DNA of 64,000 nt from Neoconidiobolus thromboides FSU 785 (lineage: Eukaryota; Fungi; Entomophthoromycota). This document shows positions 38,598-52,662 of the stretch, in pieces. Position 1 is the first letter of the stretch. Every line of letters starts with the position of its first letter. Both the position numbers and the translations under genes were made by a program. The DNA is taken from positions 58,518 to 122,517 of the forward strand of contig MU626304.1 in assembly GCA_025603075.1 (NCBI GenBank). Reading direction: 5' to 3'. A model generated the notes under the pieces. That model ran no database searches. It had not been told where the DNA came from and worked only from the letters and a program-made list of their open reading frames with translations.

Positions 38598-38694
38598 GGG
38601 GGTGTTTTTTTGGTTTCATTACTTTTTCCATTTTTCAAGCGCTATTTGAGTGGAAAGATTGTAGCAAAATTCTTGAACATAAAAATATATCCCC
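38598..38694 (+). mobile_element. MITE-like element family A, copy 6 (97 bp)
   Basis: GGGGGTGTTTTTTT...AAAAATATATCCCC with an AAAT direct repeat on both flanks. Confidence 0.88.
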
Positions 38695-39621
38695 AAATGT
38701 TTGATTATTTATTTAATAAAACAGTAATGTAATTACATCAGACTTCAAAGGCATAAATTATTTTATTCTATGGAGAAGAAAATTACTGTATATAACTTTT
38801 ATTTTAACAAAACAAAATATATCATAATAATGGAAAAGCCAAGTTTGTATAGTCATATTTTAATGTTTTATTTTAAATTTTGTATTTTAGCATTAGTTTT
38901 AATATTTTAAAAAGAGGATTATCAACCTTATTTAAAATAACTAACAATTTTTTAGTTGATTGGAAATATTAACAAAACTTATAAATTACTAATCTTCATT
39001 TATGAACCGTGATAATATTGAAAATTATAAACTTTGATAAATATATATTTATTTTTTATTTTATTTTATTCTAGTTTTATGTTAATAGATTAAACAGAGC
39101 TACTTAAATTCGAGGTATTTATAAAGTGATTTAATTGAAGATACTATTGGTCTATAGTTTATGAGTATAAAATTGAAATGCTTTATTATATACTATGTAT
39201 CACTAGTTTATGGTATCAAAGCTAGTATTCTAGAGCTACTTATAAAATTTCTATAATTTGCCAAATAAGGCAATTTATAAAATTATATATAAAATAGTTG
39301 TTGTAGCATTTTGTTTTGTATTATCAATTTTAAAAGTGTTTGTTTTATTATGATCAGTTCAGAAAAATGGTTCAGAAAAAGAATAAATCATGTTTGTAAA
39401 TCAAATTAATAGTATAAATTCCTACAGTTATAGCTTTATAGTTATTAAACTGCTTGGATAATTTAAAATTAGTTTTTATTGACTTTTTATTGCAACTTAA
39501 AAAGAAATGCTATTTAAATTTTAAATAGTACTTTATAAACGTTTAATTGTTTTATAACATGGTTTCAATTAAATATAAAAATAACAAAAACCGATATCTA
39601 AATTGTAAAACATTTGTCAAT

Positions 39622-40767
39622 TTATACTTTTAGTAAGTCTTCATATAAAAGTAATTCCAAATCTTCAGTTTCAGCACTAGAATATTCTAAAATTAATGTA
39701 GGTGATCCATTATCCCAATCTTTTAGTTCTTCAACTTTATCAAAAGTTGTTAAAAAGGTTTGAATCTTTTTTCCAGTCTTTGCACTAAACAAACTTAAGC
39801 ACTAGAAATAGTTAAATAATTTTAAAAAATGTAAATCGTCTTGCTTACCCATTTTTTTTCATCAACTGAATTTGCGTATTTATTGAATTTTGGCAGCTTA
39901 TACTTATCACTAAGTATATCAAGCGCTTTTCCAATTCCTACATTCTAACAATTTATAATATTAATTCATCTTTAATTCATTCTTATTTAATTAAAAATAC
40001 CTTGTCAAAAAATAGACTTTCTGGTGCTTTATCTGATTTTAATGGAAATAAAAGCTTAAAATAGATTCTTTCAGACATTGGAACTTTATTGTCACCCTAC
40101 ATTAAACAATGAAATATATGCTTTATTACGATATTGTAACACTACTTTAGCTTTGTTTTTAAATATCATTATAGAAACTTTGGGTGATACTTTAGCTCCT
40201 ATTTTAACTGACTTGCTTTTATTCTGGGTTGTGCCACTTTCTTTTACTTTACTTAAAAGTGTCTCCTTTTGTTCTTGTTTTTTTTTCTTTGCTATCTGTG
40301 CTTCATCTAAAATACCTTTTCTTTGCTTTACTGATTCGCAGTCATGAGAGGCGGAATGCCTATGACTATAGATATTAGCCGTTTTTTAATACAGTAGATC
40401 AATTCTATTACTCTAAACAATAAAACTCAAGACAGCTTTTACAATATACAGCATTAAATTCTTTTCTTTTACATCTTTTAAGAGTACAATCTATTTTTGC
40501 TGAGGCTTTTAAAGGGATAGGCTCATCAATAGTTTTGGTAATATTTGTACAAGGGTGCTCTGTGCTTTGGAAATGTGAAGGGCTTAAAAAGAGTTAAAAC
40601 TAACTTTATTTTTAATTATACCATACCAAAATGTTTTTAAACAATTATTACATTTAAAAGGCAAAAAGTCTAATATAAATTACTGAATCTAAAAATCATT
40701 ATATATCTATACCAAGTTGATTGCAACTGCTTATTGTACATTGTTCACCTATATCTGGAAACTCCAT
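39622..40767 (-). CDS. AN1-type zinc finger protein with C-terminal ubiquitin-like region (Cuz1/ZFAND1-like)
   Basis: MEFPDIGEQCTISSCNQL|DFLPFKCNNCLKTFC, a second AN1 finger (CTLKRC...VYCKSCLEFYCL..H..SHDC), then KNKAK|GDNKVPMSERIYF. Confidence 0.85.
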
Positions 40768-40899
40768 AACTTGATAAAGGTTCATGATTTTTTTACCCTT
40801 TTACATCACCAAAATAAAGAACCAATCAAATTGAACTAAAGTTATAACAAGTGAAATAACAAATATGATAAATACAGACATTTAATTAGAATAAATTTA

Positions 40900-42800
40900 T
40901 TAAGGTTGATTTGAAGATGCTTTAACACTCAATTCATAAAATTGATTTGGATGTACAATTATATCTGGTAATGAGATTTGGGTCCCATTGATATTATTAG
41001 CAGAATGCTTGAGTTCAAAAAATTTAGTACAGGCTATTGAGTAATTCTTCTCCTTAACAAGATCAGTTATTGTACGTATATCTTCTGATGTTACAGTTGG
41101 GGCCAATTCATAAATTTCATTTCTTAACTTATCAATAGAAAAGTGCTTGAATGGACAGCCATGATGTTGATCTGGTCCATTCGGGTTTGAATTCATGATT
41201 TTATCACACCTATACATATGTTAATATTTACAATAGAACAATAAATTGATAAAATGATTACCCATAAGGAGCATAGTCTTTACGATTTCCTTCTTGTCCA
41301 TAATTATGACGAATATTATAAGCATATCCTTTCTTAAATTCATCATCTGTCATTCTGGAGAATGATCTACGCCAAAACTCTAAAGCTTCTTCTAATGGTA
41401 GTCCTATTCCCTTTATTTTTTATTGTTATAGTTATGTTAAAATAATCATATATATTACTTTCAAGAATAAACCAAATTGCATACGTGCTCCATGTTTTAA
41501 ATGCTTATTTTTAGTCAATCCTTTATAACTGCTATACATACACAATGGAAAATGTTTTGATGCCTAAATTTGATTAATTAAAGCGTTTGATAATTATTAT
41601 ATTATACAAAATTACGTTCGGTATTTCATTATATGATATTTTTACATCTTTACGTTGTGATTTAAGTGGATCATATGTTGAAAATGACTTGGTAGAAAGA
41701 GCATTTAAAATTGGCAATAATCTTTCATCTTCGTCTATATTTGGTAAAGCTTTACTGAGATTCTATAAATATATTATAAATTATAAATTATAAATTTATT
41801 TATTAGATATAAAATAACTTACTAATAACCCGGTACGTAAAATATTTTTAAATTCACCAATAATCCAAGATGATGAATATTCATTTGGAACATAAGCAAA
41901 TCCATTTTTTATAAATACTTGTCTACCACTTACTAATTCAGGAACTTTCTCAAATGGTATCTTAATAATATATTGTTAATTATCTATAATATATTCATAC
42001 TATTATTATACTTTAAAAAAATCTTCTCTATCAAAGTCGTTTCCAAAGCCACCAAATTTAGCTGCTTTAAGTTGAAGTTTTAATTGCTGTTTTTCTGATT
42101 CAGACACCTTTTAATATTTTAAGTATTAATTGATTAATTTGAATATTCAATTACTTTTTCATAGCCGTATCCCAACTTTGCTACAAATTGGGCTTTAGTT
42201 GAAGCTAAAGATTGGGCATAACGAAGACTAAAAAAGTATTAAGATAAAAATTGTATAAAGCCTAAAAAAAAGTACTTGAATAAAACACTTTCATATTTGA
42301 CAAACCAGGCACGAAGATCTTCGCTGTATTTCTAGTTATTTATATAATATTTAAAAAATTTCATGGAATACCTTCTACAAAATACAAGTCTTAAAATAAA
42401 ATGCGAAATATGATCTTTTCTCAAAATTTTATAATTATCTGCTGTCGAAGATATATGCGCCAAAGGTAAATGTTCTCTTGATACCCTTAAAAATATTTCT
42501 TCCAATTCTTTACCAACTTTTTTGCGGATATTAGCAGCTTCCAATGCCTTCAAAACTGTTAATGTAAAATTTGTTCATATTTTGAGATATTTTTAAAGGA
42601 ATATTACCACTTAATCTATCTATTGCAAATGTTTCAAATTCTTCAATTGTAATCTCTTCTTCAGGTGCTTGATTATACCAATTTAACTCGCTTACATATG
42701 AATCGTTTAATCTAGAAGTGGAGTTAAGATCCCTGCTTGGCAATCCTCTTCTCTCATATCCACTTCCAAGTGTACGATGATTTCTATTTTGTTGAAACAT
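40900..42800 (-). CDS. PRI2: DNA primase large subunit, multi-exon
   Basis: [89 protein letters not shown]. Confidence 0.96.
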
Positions 42801-43698
42801 TTTATAAATATTTTAAAAATGATTAAATTCTAGAAATCCCTTTTTGCTATCAAACACGAAAATTACAAATGATCCAATCATAGTTATCACAATTTGAAAT
42901 TATACCGTGTCGCGCTCAATTCAAGCTTATTGGTTACTAAACTGACAATTGGTTTATAGGCTTAAGTTTAATTAAAAGATAATTGACTAAATGTTGTTTA
43001 GGTAAAAGTTTATTTTATTTAAATAAAGTACAGTAACTAAATGACATAGCATACGATATCTACTAAAACAATGATCAATGAAATTAAACTAGATGTCTTT
43101 TCTAAGTTATTATTTTTGATAAATATATCACTTCAATACATTTAGCATATTGATTTACCGTCAAAAAATTAATTAATTGCAGGATCAAAATCTTGCTTTT
43201 TGTAAAATAATCATTTTTGATTTTTTTTAATATCAAAAAGCTCTAAAATTATAAATTACAACTAAATCTTTAATTATAGTTTATAAGTAGTACACAAAAG
43301 AAATTATAGCAATATTATAAGCTTTATTTAAAATAAGATTAATTAAAATAATAGAATTTACATATGTCATGATTATCAAAATAATTTTTGACCAAAGTTG
43401 AATGATAAAATTCTGATAACTATTTTAGTTTAATTCAACACTCCTAATAAATAAGCATCCATAAAAAAATGTTTAAAATATGGGGTACTTTTATAAAACT
43501 TGAATATTTTTAGAACCCTTTCAGTTATGGGTAAATATGCCTAATTAAAAAATGTTATTATTTAGAATGGATTATATATCCAATTATAGTATTTATATAT
43601 TTCATTTCTATTTTTAATTGGTTTAATCAAGGCTTCATGAACTAAGGAAATTAATAAAAGTTATTCTCTGAATTTAAAATTCTTTATGTAATAACGTA

Positions 43699-45139
43699 AT
43701 GAAGTTTGTAAAGCCAAATCTTTCAATCAAAATTACTAAGCCTCGGATAGAAGAAGGGGATAGTAAAGTTAGTACAACAGAAGAAGAAGGAGAGCATTTA
43801 CCGCCTAAAAAGAATATAAGGCCATTTTACATTGAATCATTCCCTTCGTTTAAATCATTAAATATGGATACATCTTTTATACATGATGTGAATGGTAAAG
43901 AGCAGAATGCTATGCCCAATGAAACCAGAGTTGAGTTTGAATACCCACAGCCAATTTTATCTAGTTCAAGGCCACCCCAAGAAAACGCAAATTCTTCTCA
44001 TACACATATTAACCATGAGAATATGGAATCACATGAAGATCAAAATAGCAAAGCCAATGTTCCACCAATTTATAAATATTATCCATCAAACAATCGTTTT
44101 CTATTAAAAGGTAGGCTTATTACTGGCAATGAGCCATTAATGTTTGGAATCAGCCATGTCCTAATTATCATCCCATTCATTCTTTTTTCCATCTTTGTGT
44201 ATGTTTTATATCAATTATTATATACATTAATTAATGCTTTTTTCTATAGCTGTCCTTACCTTTGGGATAATTTGAGTATTGCAGTACCATTGGTATTTGT
44301 AGGATTATTTTTGCAGTCTATTGCGCTATTATGGAAAACATCATTTAGTGATCCAGGGGTAATTTAAATGTTCATTTTATGTACATTAATTAACATGCAT
44401 TAGATTGTTCCAAAAAAACCTGAAGGCGATTATATTATAGATCTTAGGCAGGTCCCATCTATAGATCTTCAAAGAGGAATTTTACCATCCGCCCCATCAA
44501 AGTTCACTATAGTAAATGGTGTAGAAATTAGATTGAAATACTGTGATACATGCGGTATATATCGTCCACCACGCGCATCACATTGTGCACAATGTGATTC
44601 ATGTATAGGTATTTAAATTTTAAGACCGTTATTGTGATTTATAATTTAAATAATTAGAGCGTATGGACCATCATTGTGTCTGGGTTAATAACTGTATTGG
44701 TAAAAGGAACTATCGCTTCTTTTTCCTTTTTTTAAGTTCTATACTATCATTGTGTTTGTATATTCTAATATTTAGTGCATTACATTTATACTGGATATAT
44801 ACTGATATGCTTGAGCATGGTATTGATGATTTCTTGCAAGTATTAAGCAAAGCACCAATGTCACTAGTTTTAGCTATTTATACATTTGTATTCACATTAT
44901 CCTTAGGCTCCTTATTTTTATTTCACATTTATTTAATAATGACAAATAAGACAACTCATGAAAAATTTAGATCACATGCTATAACTTATGAAGGCAACCC
45001 CTTTAACTCAGGCAACCCCATCTATAATTGTCACGATGTCTTGTGTACCCCTATTCCTCCTGTATCCGTCAACTGGCGTTCTCGTGATGCTGAGTTTCAC
45101 TCTCGTTTTAATTTACCAACCGATTTTGATTGGATTTAA
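43699..45139 (+). CDS. ERF2: DHHC palmitoyltransferase, Erf2-like, 3-4 exons
   Basis: [19 protein letters not shown]|[56 protein letters not shown]. Confidence 0.9.
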
Positions 45140-46574
45140 GTTAACTTAATTCTTTTAATTAAATATTTACTTGTTTAGCCTTTGAAATTTAAATAATAAA
45201 TTTTATATTATTGAAGTTGATTGTTTACAAATAAATCAATATTGTATAGCAGATAATGGATAGGATTTGCAAAAGGACCTATATTATTATATTTTAATAA
45301 TAAGTTTATGATTTCATATAAAAGCTATTAATAGAAATTTACATAATATTATAAAGAACAATATTTTTCATGATAGCAGTTTTATTTATTTCCGTTTAAA
45401 TGAATATTGTTTATTTAACACTACTTTATATGTACAACAGTGATAGTATTAATTTATTTTATTATGACTTGTTGCCATTAATCGATACTCATTCATCTAA
45501 ACTTTTAATGTGTTCTAATTTATATATATATCTGATAAATGTTTTGTTGATATTATATTTAATTAAACTTTACATACTAAATATTAAATATTAAATTATT
45601 TTAAACCATGAAGTTTTTTTTATTCTATATTATTTCATTTTGTGATTAATTTACTAAGTACCCTTCTCCTTTAAGCTTATACTTTATATTGTTTTGAATA
45701 AATATTAAATATTAGAGTAAATTCTTCAAATCTAATTTAATATTGATGTGTATAATAATGAAAGACAACAATTTTAGATAATTTATATAATATTTAAAAG
45801 TACATAAGTAATTATAATTCATTACTGGTAATAAATAAATCTTATTTTAGATGTGTTAATTAAGGTTTATGACATTGTTTTACTTTTAAGTATTAGATAA
45901 AAGTTAAATTTAAATTTTAAAAATATTTTCAATTAATAGCAGCTAATTTTATGCTTATAAAATAGTTTAACTTGATTAAATAAACAATTGTAGTTAACTG
46001 TTATTTCATTAAAAGTAAGACATTTTATTTTTACCAATAATTTATTTCAATATATTATACTATACAATTAATTATGACTATAAACGAATAAATTGTATAT
46101 TTGAAAAATAATCTTAAACAAATAAATAATTTAAATTCTAATATTAACAAATTTAAGTTCTCCTTAGATTAATTTTACATCAAATAGTTTTGACTTAAAC
46201 TTTTTCTATCAATATATATTGAATAATGATGTAATAATCGAAATTTATAGTTTTATATAGTAGTCACACCATCCCAATTTGCATCAACACCAATCAAAAT
46301 GATGCTTAGGCTTTCCTGATATTCTACTCCTTAATCAGGCTGAGTTTACCAATTAGAAGATATTATTTTTAAGTTGTTTAGGAGGTTCACATACAAAGTT
46401 ACCCCTTAATTTATATATACCTTACATGGGGATTCACTAAAAATATAACAAATAATATTTAAATATCAAGTTGTGCTTTAAATCCTTTTTTATTTTTTCA
46501 AATTAAAATTGAATATTCTTAAATTCATTATTTAATCAATTAAATATTGAATCTTTTTCATTTTATTAATTAAA

Positions 46575-47786
46575 ATGCTCAACTTGCCTTCATTCCGTTC
46601 AAATTCTGTTCAACCTCAAAATACATCGGCTACCACTGCCAACCAAGCCAACAATCATCCCAATATACCCACTGTATCATCTGTTGCTTCTATTTTTAAA
46701 TTCCAAAAGTTGAAATTATCAAAATCAGATTCAATACCTAAACTCAATGAATCACATCCATTATCTCTTTATTTTTTTGCTGAAGAACATCTAAGTGATG
46801 CAATCAAACATTTGGAAAAAGTAAAAAGTGTATGTAGTAGGAGGTTTCATCGTTATACTGAACGAGTTCATTTATCTCAAAAGCTTTTACTTGATACAAT
46901 TTATTTAATTTATTCTGACATGGATGAAGAATTAAAGATTTCAAAAGCACACAGAACAAATCTACCACTCGAAGATCAAATTGAATTAAATCAAGGTTTC
47001 TCTGAAAACATTTTATTTGCAGCTCAAGCCATTGTTCATGGATTTCATATACGTGGTATTGAACATTGCTCAGAAGAATTAAAAGTACCAGCATTACAAC
47101 TCTGTGCAGCATTGGAAGCACTTCGTCATGTATTTAGGCTTCGTGCTTTGGAAAAACCAGAGCCACCTTATAATTGTCTTTATCCTGTATTAAGTGATTT
47201 TGATCAAGCATGGGCAACATTTGAAAGGGATATTTGTCAATCTTACTTTTCAGCTATGCAAGTACAAAACGAATTGGACCGTCCAGAAAATTTTGAATTA
47301 TTTTCATTGATATTGAAAGAGAACATTAAATTAAGTATAAAAGAAGAAATTTTGGACAAAGAATTAATTGAAGAATTTGATCCATCTGTAATATTTGCTA
47401 TTCCGAGGCTTTCACTTTTAAGTTGCTTTTTACAAAGAGATAAACCACTTTTAGGTATAAGGGAAGGTGAATCTGTATATCCTTGGTTTGAGTCTTATAA
47501 TTCTACAATTAAAGAATTAGATAAATCATTATTTAATATTTGTCCATACAATATTAAAGTATTAAAAAATTGGTTAGCTACTTCTACACCTCCACCCTTA
47601 TTAAAAAAAGAATTAATTGAAGAGCTTCAACCTATATTTAATCAAATTTGCCAGGTAGCAGATTCTTTACAATCAGGACCACATTCTAAACAATTTTTAA
47701 GTGCTTTGAACATAGCATTTAATGATGAAAGCGATTTAATGACCACTTCAAGTCAAACTTCATCATCTTCTTCATTAACACTTTAA
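46575..47786 (+). CDS. Intronless protein resembling the N-terminal domain of LST2/ZFYVE28, no FYVE domain
   Basis: FSENILFAAQAIVHGFHI, LYPVLSDFDQAWATFE and LIEEFDPSVIFAIPRLSLL parallel the ZFYVE28 segments LAGQLWFGAECLAAGSII, REALRHFDVLFAEFE and MIDDYEPALMFSIPRLAIV (recalled, not searched). Confidence 0.65.
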   Translation: MLNLPSFRSNSVQPQNTSATTANQANNHPNIPTVSSVASIFKFQKLKLSKSDSIPKLNESHPLSLYFFAEEHLSDAIKHLEKVKSVCSRRFHRYTERVHLSQKLLLDTIYLIYSDMDEELKISKAHRTNLPLEDQIELNQGFSENILFAAQAIVHGFHIRGIEHCSEELKVPALQLCAALEALRHVFRLRALEKPEPPYNCLYPVLSDFDQAWATFERDICQSYFSAMQVQNELDRPENFELFSLILKENIKLSIKEEILDKELIEEFDPSVIFAIPRLSLLSCFLQRDKPLLGIREGESVYPWFESYNSTIKELDKSLFNICPYNIKVLKNWLATSTPPPLLKKELIEELQPIFNQICQVADSLQSGPHSKQFLSALNIAFNDESDLMTTSSQTSSSSSLTL

Positions 47787-48444
47787 AATAATCACACTTA
47801 CTAACTTATCTTTGAAAATTAAGATTTTTATTATTCATCAAAAATAATATTAATTCTTTTGTTTTATTTTTAAATAAAAATCATTAAAATTGATATTTCT
47901 ATTTCTATTCAAATTATTACAACTTGTTTTTATTTTAATATAACTTAATACATTAAATGTATACTATTTCTAAAATTTAGTATATTATTTATCTTCTATT
48001 TAAAGCAACAGTTGTTTTTGATGGCTTATTATCGTAATAAGTAGTATTAGTATTAATTTTATAATAAATGCTTTAATTTTGAAGAAATCAGCCTTAAGAC
48101 TAACAATTTATTTTAAATATTTAATATGATCAGCCACACAAATTTGATTGAATTTTTATTTTAAAGGCCAATTTTTATAAAGCATTTATTAACATAACAA
48201 ATTTTGATATTTGAACACACTATTATTTTACAAATTCTAAATAAATTTAAAAATAATGTATGCTTAATTATCTAATAATTTAATCAGGTTAGAGTGTTTA
48301 ACGCTTTCTATTTGGCTGAGTCAAATGTTTAATGTGACTTCTGCTTAGTATTTGATTCAGGTTGAAGCAATCAGTTAAGGTTAATCTGAAACATGAAAAG
48401 AGGTATATAAATATCATGAAGTGACATTATTTTTTTATTAGAAA

Positions 48445-49347
48445 ATGGAAGCCAAAACAAGTGAATGTATTAATAAAGGAATTGATCTTTTATTTAAAAC
48501 AAAAGATCAAATAGATAATGAATCCTTTGATGAGTTATTAGATACTTTAACTTTATTAGGTTGGAAAGACTTGCCTGAGATTAAGAAGTTATTTTCAAAT
48601 AATGTTAAAGAATATGAGCAAATTTTAGAATTAACAAAGGGTGATCAAACTTTATCTTTTGGTCTTCAACAAATGTGTGAATCATTTGAACTTTTGGAAG
48701 ATATTTATGAAGCTGTTGAAAAAGATCCTCATTACCTGAAGTTATTTATTAATTCACTCCAGTTTGATCATCTTGAGACTACGCATTCAGAAGTAATGAA
48801 AGAATTGGAAAACGTATTGAATCAAATCCCAAGTATTTATTCATCAAAAATTAAGTTAATTTTACTTGAAAGAGCTATTATGAATGATATGGGTATTTTT
48901 ATATAATAATAGAATCAATTTTCATTAATTTTTAATAGCATTTAGTAAGAAAGAGCTTAATGATGCTTTAAGCATTCTTAAAAACAAAGCCCTTTATATA
49001 GAGGTATTAAATCAACTTTACCGTCAAAGTCTTGATAACTTATCTTGGGAGAACACTTTTGAAAGTGTAATGGCTATAGTTTATTCAATGAATCCTGAAG
49101 TAGCAGAGATATTCGAAATGTTTTTATGGTACACTCATGCTATACATAGTAATTATATTATATTTAAAATATAAGTAAATAACTTTTTAATTTAGCTTAT
49201 AAAGATCCAAGTACTTGGTATGCAACTTATTGTGAATATATGTTTAATCCTAGCTATGATGGCTTACCAATTGAATCAGATGGCTCTTCTATCTCTGCTC
49301 AACTTTCGAAGTTAAATCTTGAACCCCTTGGGAGCCCAAAGGTGTAA
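48445..49347 (+). CDS. Hypothetical helical protein, 3 exons
   Basis: ORF 48445-48906 splices in frame to AFSKKELNDALSILK... and AYKDPSTWYATYCEYMFNP...LEPLGSPKV*. Confidence 0.6.
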
Positions 49348-49467
49348 TATTAACAGTACATGGATATTTTAAAAGTATTTTGAAATAAACTCTTCTTGCT
49401 TATAAATTATTATGCATAAATTAACTTATATTTTTATGAGCTATGAATTTGTTTAATTATTCTTTTA

Positions 49468-50659
49468 ATGTTTAGAATTTTAAGTAACAGAATAAGTTTA
49501 TTTTCACATAAAGTGATAAATAATAAAATTACAACTCAATTACTTATAAACAAATGCTTATATAATAGTAGTAATATAAATTATAACAATAACATAAGTG
49601 ATGGCGATAGTAATAAAGTAAATGTTAACAATGACAATATAAATCAAGCTCAAAATGAAGAATCTAATAACCCATTAAATAATGATGAAGGTAAAATAAT
49701 TCAATTTAAATAATAATTTAATAAATTTTATAGAAACTAGTAAGAATATGACAAAAAAAAAAGGAGTAAAAATCATTCCAAACATTGAATTAGCATCAAT
49801 ACCACATCCAGAAATTAGAGAATATTCAACGGAATTTTTTATAAAACCAGCTAATTTTGTTAGTTCTGTCGGTCATATACCAGATGAAGAGGAGCAAGAT
49901 TTTCATAAGTTTAGTTGGCCGAATAAGTCCCTTCCAGAAGTAGCATTTTTGGGTGTATCTAATGCTGGAAAATCCACTTTAATTAACTGCTTATTGAATA
50001 CAAAAAAACTAGCAAAAACATCCAAGAAGCCAGTAATTAAATATTAAATCTATAGTTTATTAAATTAATATCAATTATAGGGGCATACAAAAACATTGAA
50101 TTTATTTGAAATAGGGAATAAATTAATATTAGTAGATGTGCCAGGATATGGTTATAAAAGTAGGGTCGAATGGGGAGAATTAGTAGAAAATTACCTCAAA
50201 AGAGGAGTGTCTGATAAGGGCAAGCTTAAAATGGTTTATTTGCTTATTGAATCTAAACGTGGATTTAAGACATATGATAGAATTATATTAGAATTACTTG
50301 AAAGGTTACAAGTACCTTACCAAATACTTATAACTAAAGCAGATAAACTGAATGCTACTTATTGGGAAGAAGCCTTTTTAAATCCACAAAGTTCAATATT
50401 AGCTAAATATTTAGTTGAGCATTCTCATTTTAAAAAGCATAATTTATTATTTTTAGCACCATTACAAGCTAAATTTGGTTTATCACAGTTACGGGCCCAC
50501 ATCCTTGAAGCAACTAAGATCATTCCTTCTAGATTACAATCTTATTTATCTGAAAGTATAAAATTTACTCAATTGCCCTCTTCTTCTTCTTTGAGAACAC
50601 CTTCTAAAAAAGCACGTAGGGAATATGCTCAACAACAACAAGAGGAGCGACAAAATTAA
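49468..50659 (+). CDS. Mitochondrial EngB/YihA-family GTPase (Mrx8/GTPBP8-like), 3 exons
   Basis: Presequence-like N-terminus; PEVAFLGVSNAGKSTLIN (G1), PGHTKTLN (G2 across intron), DVPGYGY (G3), TKADK (G4). Confidence 0.88.
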
Positions 50660-50852
50660 ATCATTTATTTTTTGTAGCTAATAGAATAAATATTTTTATA
50701 TAGATTTAATTCATATTTATATATATTATACATTAATGATTTTATTAAAAGGTATAACGATAATATGATATAGCAAAGAAACATAATTACAATAATATTA
50801 TATCAATAATGACAACAATTTAATAAATTTTATAAGAAAAAGGATTTATTAT

Positions 50853-52141
50853 TTAACAGATTTTAATACCTTTTAATCTTTGATCAATTAAATATAAAGC
50901 TAATATAAATGAATTTTTATCTAAATAACCCTTTTGTTTTATATCACATATATCCCATATCTTAGCTAATGTTTCAACATCTAACTTAGATAATAAAAAC
51001 AATTCTACTACCTTTGATACCATTATTTTGTCTAGATAATATTTAGATTAATCATCATACTATAAAACTAATTTACCTTTTTGTTCTTCATTTCCATTCT
51101 GTTTTAACGTTAAATATAATTTATTATATCTTATTTGATCATTTTTGGGTATCTGTATTATTTTACGTTGGATAGGATCTTCTATTAGTATGATTAGTTA
51201 TATTATAATAATAAATACTTATGATTACTATTACCATCTTCAATTTCAGTTTGCCTCCTAATTGGAAGTTTAGGTGGAGCAATATCACCCTAAATGATAT
51301 AAAATTATATAAGAGAGTAATTTACTGTAATTAAAATTATACTACATTTTGATGTTCACTATTATTACTATTATTTCGGTTAGGTAATTTTGGTGGTAAA
51401 ATAGGATCCTATTTACATTAGTTTTTTGAAATAAAATATTAACAGTTGTGATTACTTTAATAGTATTCATTTCTTTTAATTTTAGCAATGCTTCTTTTTT
51501 ACTTGGGATAGGTGGAGCATTTAATTTCTATTAAAAATAAAAAATAAAAAATAAAAAAAAATAACAAATCAATAACTCTAATTACTTTTGGTAAAGAATA
51601 TCTCTTTTCTACATCATTCAAATCATTTTGTTTTGCTCTGCTCTGTGGCGATATTAATTAAATATGTTTAATTTTTCAAATCTATTACCTTAGCGGAAGC
51701 ATTATTATTATTTACATCTTTGTTGTCGCTACTACCACTATTATTACCGTTGTCTAGTGGTTCCTTTTTAGGTAAAGGGGGAGGTGGGGCAGGCCTTGTA
51801 GGATGTAAAATTGGCTTCTTTTCGGGTTTATTTAAATCTTTGATTTTACAGTCAAATATTAACTCTATTGATTACTTGAATACCTTAGTATTACCTTGGT
51901 TGTTTATATTGTTTTTATAATCTATAAGATGTTTTGGCTTTGGTGGTAATGTCCTTCTTCTTGTTAAATAATCATCTACTTTCTTTGTTTCTGTTTCAAC
52001 TTCTACTTTCTTTATTGGAACTATTTTATTATTGTTGATTGATGAATTGGTAGTCCTTTCAAATAGTGCCATACGTTCTTTTACACTTAATCTTTTATTC
52101 TCTGCTTCTTCATTTTGTGGCATTTGTGTTTCTTTACTCAT
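50853..52141 (-). CDS. Proline-rich protein with C-terminal EH domain (Irs4/Tax4-like)
   Basis: SVKERMALFE, several PPxLP motifs, and C-terminal SKLDVETLAKIWDICDIKQKGYLDKNSFILALYLIDQRLKG. Confidence 0.8.
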
Positions 52142-52662
52142 CTCCCTTTATTGATTATTTTTTTAAAATTATAAAAATAAATTTTGTAGTGCTTTCATTT
52201 GTTTTTTAGATTTTTAAATTATCTATAAAAATGATTTTTGCTTATTTAAAAAAGTAATTTAATTCAGTATTTATGTAAAGGATAATATAATATATGTGAT
52301 TATATTATCTTGTCTTATTTTATACTGTACATATAATATACAGATATTGTAAGGTAACTCAAAGTAATATTGTACAATGCTATATTGTTTATAAATTGTT
52401 CTATAATGAGTAATTTAAAACAAAACAACCATTCTCTTGGTAAATTATTTTAAATGTAGCCAATAGCAGTGGTTCTACTTGATTTCGACCTTGAAGCCAT
52501 TAATAATTGGCTATTTTTTGATGATGCTAAGATTACTTGGAATAAAAGGTTATTTATTTTAAGTCATTTTTAACTTATAAACTTGGCAATCAAAGAATAT
52601 AAAAAAACTAAAAGTATAAACTCAGATAATAATTTTATCTATTTAAATTCATATTATTTAGA

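Noticed and set aside
46255-46440. GC-enriched island upstream of the LST2-like gene, with ATGATG...CTGA
   Set aside because: C box is non-canonical, spacing to the D box is too short, and there is no ORF; most simply promoter sequence.
48280-48410. GC-enriched segment with small hairpins and a terminal CTGA
   Set aside because: No C box or Sm site. It is followed by a GT-AG intron ending just before the ATG, so it is best read as promoter plus 5'-UTR exon.
49468-50659. EngB/YihA GTPase as a bacterial horizontal transfer
   Set aside because: It has spliceosomal introns and a mitochondrial-type presequence, and eukaryotic orthologs of this family are well known.
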